A DNA stretch of 63,973 nucleotides, the filler included, from Hausera hauseri (taxonomy: Eukaryota), in the NCBI GenBank assembly GCA_046269625.1. It is 10 parts of 10 records of this genome, joined end to end, with 100 filler letters (N's around TTAATTAATTAA, not from the genome) between each part and the next. Parts side by side here need not be neighbours in the genome. Positions count along the whole stretch, not along the records: positions 60,020 to 63,973 come from JBJURY010861410.1; 9 more parts are not named here. One strand, given 5' to 3'. How positions within the stretch are numbered: the stretch's first letter is position 1; each line of letters opens with the position of its first letter. Below the pieces are notes generated by a model that saw only the letters and a list, made by a program, of their open reading frames with translations, searched no databases and was not told the DNA's origin. Position numbers and translations under genes: made by a program. Positions 60,335-63,973 of this stretch are shown here, one piece after another.

Positions 60335-62216
60335 TCCTTATTATAACTGAAACAAACATTTCTAAATTCAATTTCCCCGTTTCGGACAAACAATAGCGGA
60401 TCATCCGGGTCATCTCGAATATCCTGCGGAATTTCAAGCAAATCAAACATATTCTCCATGTCAATGAAATTCTGCTGCATCATTCTACAGACCCAGTTAC
60501 TTGCCAACTACATCAAACCAACCTGTAGTAAGTACCGAAGAAATTCAACGGAGTATTTAACTGGATGATATACGTGCAATAAAGAACAAAATCCCCAACT
60601 GTAAATTCGATACCCTCCACAACGTAATACGCACAAAGCAACGCTCCACCAAAAAACCCGAAGTTTATGCTGAGATTCTGAACGAAATTCAATAGATTCA
60701 ATGTTGTCTGTGACAACCAATCAGCCTGTTGATATTCTACAATTGCATCTCGATATCGTTTGACTTCATACTCTTCAGCACCGTAATATTTCACCGTTTC
60801 AAAATTCAACAACGAATCGACAGCCTTTGCGCTCTTAGCATTGTCTAATAGATTCATGTTTCGTCGATATTTACTACGCCATTCCGTAATCCATACCGTA
60901 CCACCCAAATACACGACCATCGTTACAAAAACGATCAATGCAAAATACACATTAAACGCCGCCAGAAAATATATAATGCCAATCAGAATATCGACCAACG
61001 TCGGTGCAATATTGAACAGGAAATAGTTCAATAAATTCTGCATGGAATCCGTACCGCGATCCATGATTCGTAACACTTCACCGGTCTTTTTTGATAGATG
61101 CCAACTCAACGACAAACCATGGAGTTGAGCAAACAACTGAACTGCAATACGCCGGGCACTATACTGCTGAACACGAATCCACAATTGAGTCCGAATACCA
61201 TTCAGAATACCGGTACTGCCGAGTCCGGTACCTTGGAAAATCCGCAACATACCAAAAATCAAAATCAAATCCCAACGGAGTTTCAGTCCGTTGGATTCGT
61301 TGAATAATTTCGCACTGGGATTGACGAAATATTCCATCAGCACACGATGAGAATAACCCGAATATTGTGAGTGGGTCTTGTTAAATACTGGTGTGAGACT
61401 GTCAACAACGTATTTGTACGTCAATGGTATGTATAGATTCAACACTCGACCGACAATAAGAATTCCAATGCAAATAAAAACGTAAAATTGTAGGACATAG
61501 CTATCTTTTGGCCACGATGCGTCGACAACCAAAAGTAATTCCCGTTTAATTCGGGTCCATCGACTATTAGATTCTGTCGATCTAATAACATCCAAATCAT
61601 CGGTATTAATTGACGAATACCGATGAAATATATCAGATGGTCGATGCAATCCTGGTGCATTAAAGCCCAACAAAATATTGAAAAAGACAAAAAAATACCG
61701 CAACACCCACAAAGAAAACTCTACTTTATCAGAATAATTAGCAAATCTCCACCAATATTGCCCATCGACACTGTTCAAACTAACCAGCGGCAAATTCTCA
61801 CTGGCAAATGATAACAACCAAAATCCATGTAATGCAATTCCATGTCGTTGGGATAACTCATATCGACTTTCAAAATGTACCAAATAAGTAACAAATAAAT
61901 ATCCCACTGTCGATAGAATAAAATTGACCACCATATAACCGTAAATTGTTTTGCTGTACAACAATCTTCCTTGTAAAATCAACCGTAATGTCGATAAAAC
62001 TGGCATTAGTAACAAAAATGTCATCTGAATTCCATAGAAAATTGATTTGGATCTTCGTTGGGTATTTATACATTTCGATAAAATTAATTTTGGAATTCCA
62101 AATAGAAATATGAAACCAAAACAAATCGATTGAGATATGGTTTGAGTAAAACACTGGTGCAATCCATTGGAAATCCAGGGATTTGATAAGGAAATATTTA
62201 ATGGGCAATAATACAT
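60335..62216 (-). CDS. ABCB6: ABCB6/HMT1-type ABC half-transporter. Exon 1 62216-60523; exon 2 60484-60335. NBD lies beyond the contig end
   Basis: N-terminal TMD0 (CF...GFNAPGL), LHGLSLSWHLSKKTGEVLRIMDRGT, AVDSLLNFETVKYYGAE, PLNFFGTYYR|MMQQNFIDMENMFDLL and GEIEFRNVCFSY. 38-nt GT-AG intron. Confidence 0.92.
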
Positions 62217-63973
62217 TTCCTTTAAATGTCAATTTTATATATTGAATGATTTCATAAAATTTGTTGAAAAGCAGTTGATCAATCAAAATTAAATCAAAAA
62301 ATGTACAAAGAAGTCTACAGGTAAAGTGAATATATTGATTAACTAAAACAAATCAGAACTCAGAAAAGGTATAAATTAGTCCTTTAAACTATGGTTAATT
62401 GAATATGGAAAACACTCATTGAATGTAACACCTTTCAAAAGCGACACTACATATCCCAAAATCTGATACATTAAGTTAGTAATATAATATGATACACCAT
62501 TTGTTAATAGACAGTAGATATATTGTAACCCATTTGTTTGTTTATAAGTTATCAAGTATAACACTAAATATTCACTAAATAAAATTTCACAAATTATTAC
62601 TGAATCCATTCTTTATTGTCGTTTGATACAGTTCATTCATTATCTATTTCATCAAAATCAACATATTTATAAAAATCTAGTCTGAAAAGGTATTGATGTA
62701 CAAAGTAATTGCTACTGTTACACAAATTTTAAACAAAACTTGATTAGTGAATTACCATAATGACTAAATGTGCAATGCATAAATATGGAAAAGGAATTTT
62801 GTAAATATAGATAAATAATAAAACATCAATATTCTTTAGTTTCTGCTGTTCATTTGCACTGTTTATTACGTGTAAATATCAGAAATTACTAAAAGAAATT
62901 TATGATGAGAGAATAAAGAATAAATAAAGTACAAAATTGGATAGTCATTTATTTCAAGCCGCAATGTTATTCGTAACAATTGTAAAATCTGGTAAGATTA
63001 GCTAAGAAGCTTTGAAATGTAACTCATTAAGACCATTATAACAGAATATAATATTTGATTCTGTTAAATGCTCCCAGCCGATTCAGAAGCAATTGGTAAG
63101 CAAGTCTTTTAAAACCATGACCCAAGGATTAAAACATTACATTCTATTACAATGGCCTTATTTGATTTTATTCAAACTTTCATACTTGGAACAACTATAC
63201 ATCCTCTTCCTTAACCCGGCCAGACTTTTCAGTTTTTATAAATAATGTTGTTTGAAGTAAATATTTATCCTATTTTGATTTTATTTATTCTTAATCCTTT
63301 CAGCATAATTTTTTATTAATTTATGACAATTTACCCATAATAAACAATGCAAATAATCAGCAAAACTAAACAAAATTAATGTTTTATTATTCACCTACGC
63401 TTAAAAAATTCCTTCGCCATATTCAAACATAGCATATTTAGCCAGGCACATTGAGAGATAGGACGAGGTCCGGGGAAAAACTATTAAAGAGTCCCCAGAA
63501 TGTGATATTGGAATTTTACTTAATGCCGTTTGCATGTACTATAAATTACGGTACAGAGGTGGGGGAAGGGGGAAGCTTCCCTGGGCCCTATAGTCTCAAA
63601 GGGGCCTCGTTGTCCAAGAAAATAAAATAATTTTACCACTTAGAACTGTTCATGGGCCCAATAAGAACTAGTAATATTGATTTAGTCTCATTAGATTTTA
63701 TCTCTATTTAATTTTTTTTACCGTAACTGTTTAAAATTAATTTATAGCTCTAATGAAGCAGTACCACAGGTGTAATTTAGTACTAATAAGAAATGTACCC
63801 ACAAAATTTTGGTCCTGGTCATCTGTAAAATTTTATTTTTCATTCAAATAATTATGAGATTTTTGCAGATCCATATGTTTTGTGTCGATCAGAAGGGGAA
63901 AAGATAAGAACAATAATTAGAACCCTGTGTTTCCTGTTGGTGTGTTCACATGTGCTGCAGTCTGCAACCCAGA

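Noticed and set aside
1-63973. rRNA, tRNA, CRISPR arrays and ribozymes
   Set aside because: None recognised by eye. A covariance-model search would be needed to exclude them.

Overview
This window is not one continuous locus. It is ten contigs joined by an artificial 100-nt spacer (44 N + TTAATTAATTAA + 44 N): 1-4110, 4211-9386, 9487-13976, 14077-18144, 18245-41082, 41183-46669, 46770-51201, 51302-55368, 55469-59919 and 60020-63973. At least three sources are mixed. (i) An AT-rich invertebrate with 38-55 nt introns, whose muscle myosin N-terminus looks flatworm-like. It contributes a myosin heavy chain gene, an ABCB6/HMT1 gene, Gypsy elements, an RLE-type non-LTR retrotransposon and three decayed copies of a Polinton/adintovirus-type protein-primed DNA polymerase B (pPolB). 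A (TTCG)n satellite contig is of unassigned origin. (ii) A teleost contig with PRKD1 exons, two GIMAP pseudogenes and nested transposons, including an intact Buster-type hAT. (iii) About 240 bp of bacterial aceK fused to a fish exon. Two candidates stand out as possibly undescribed. The first is the multi-copy pPolB family: it carries a tandemly duplicated Cys/His domain in frame at the N-terminus, a probable host-sized intron and an upstream palindrome cluster, with no capsid or integrase gene visible on these contigs. The second is a Gypsy family that appears to carry both a pol-fused env-like start and a probably spliced accessory ORF with a DEDDh-exonuclease-like segment. All family calls rest on motif recognition by eye; no searches were run.
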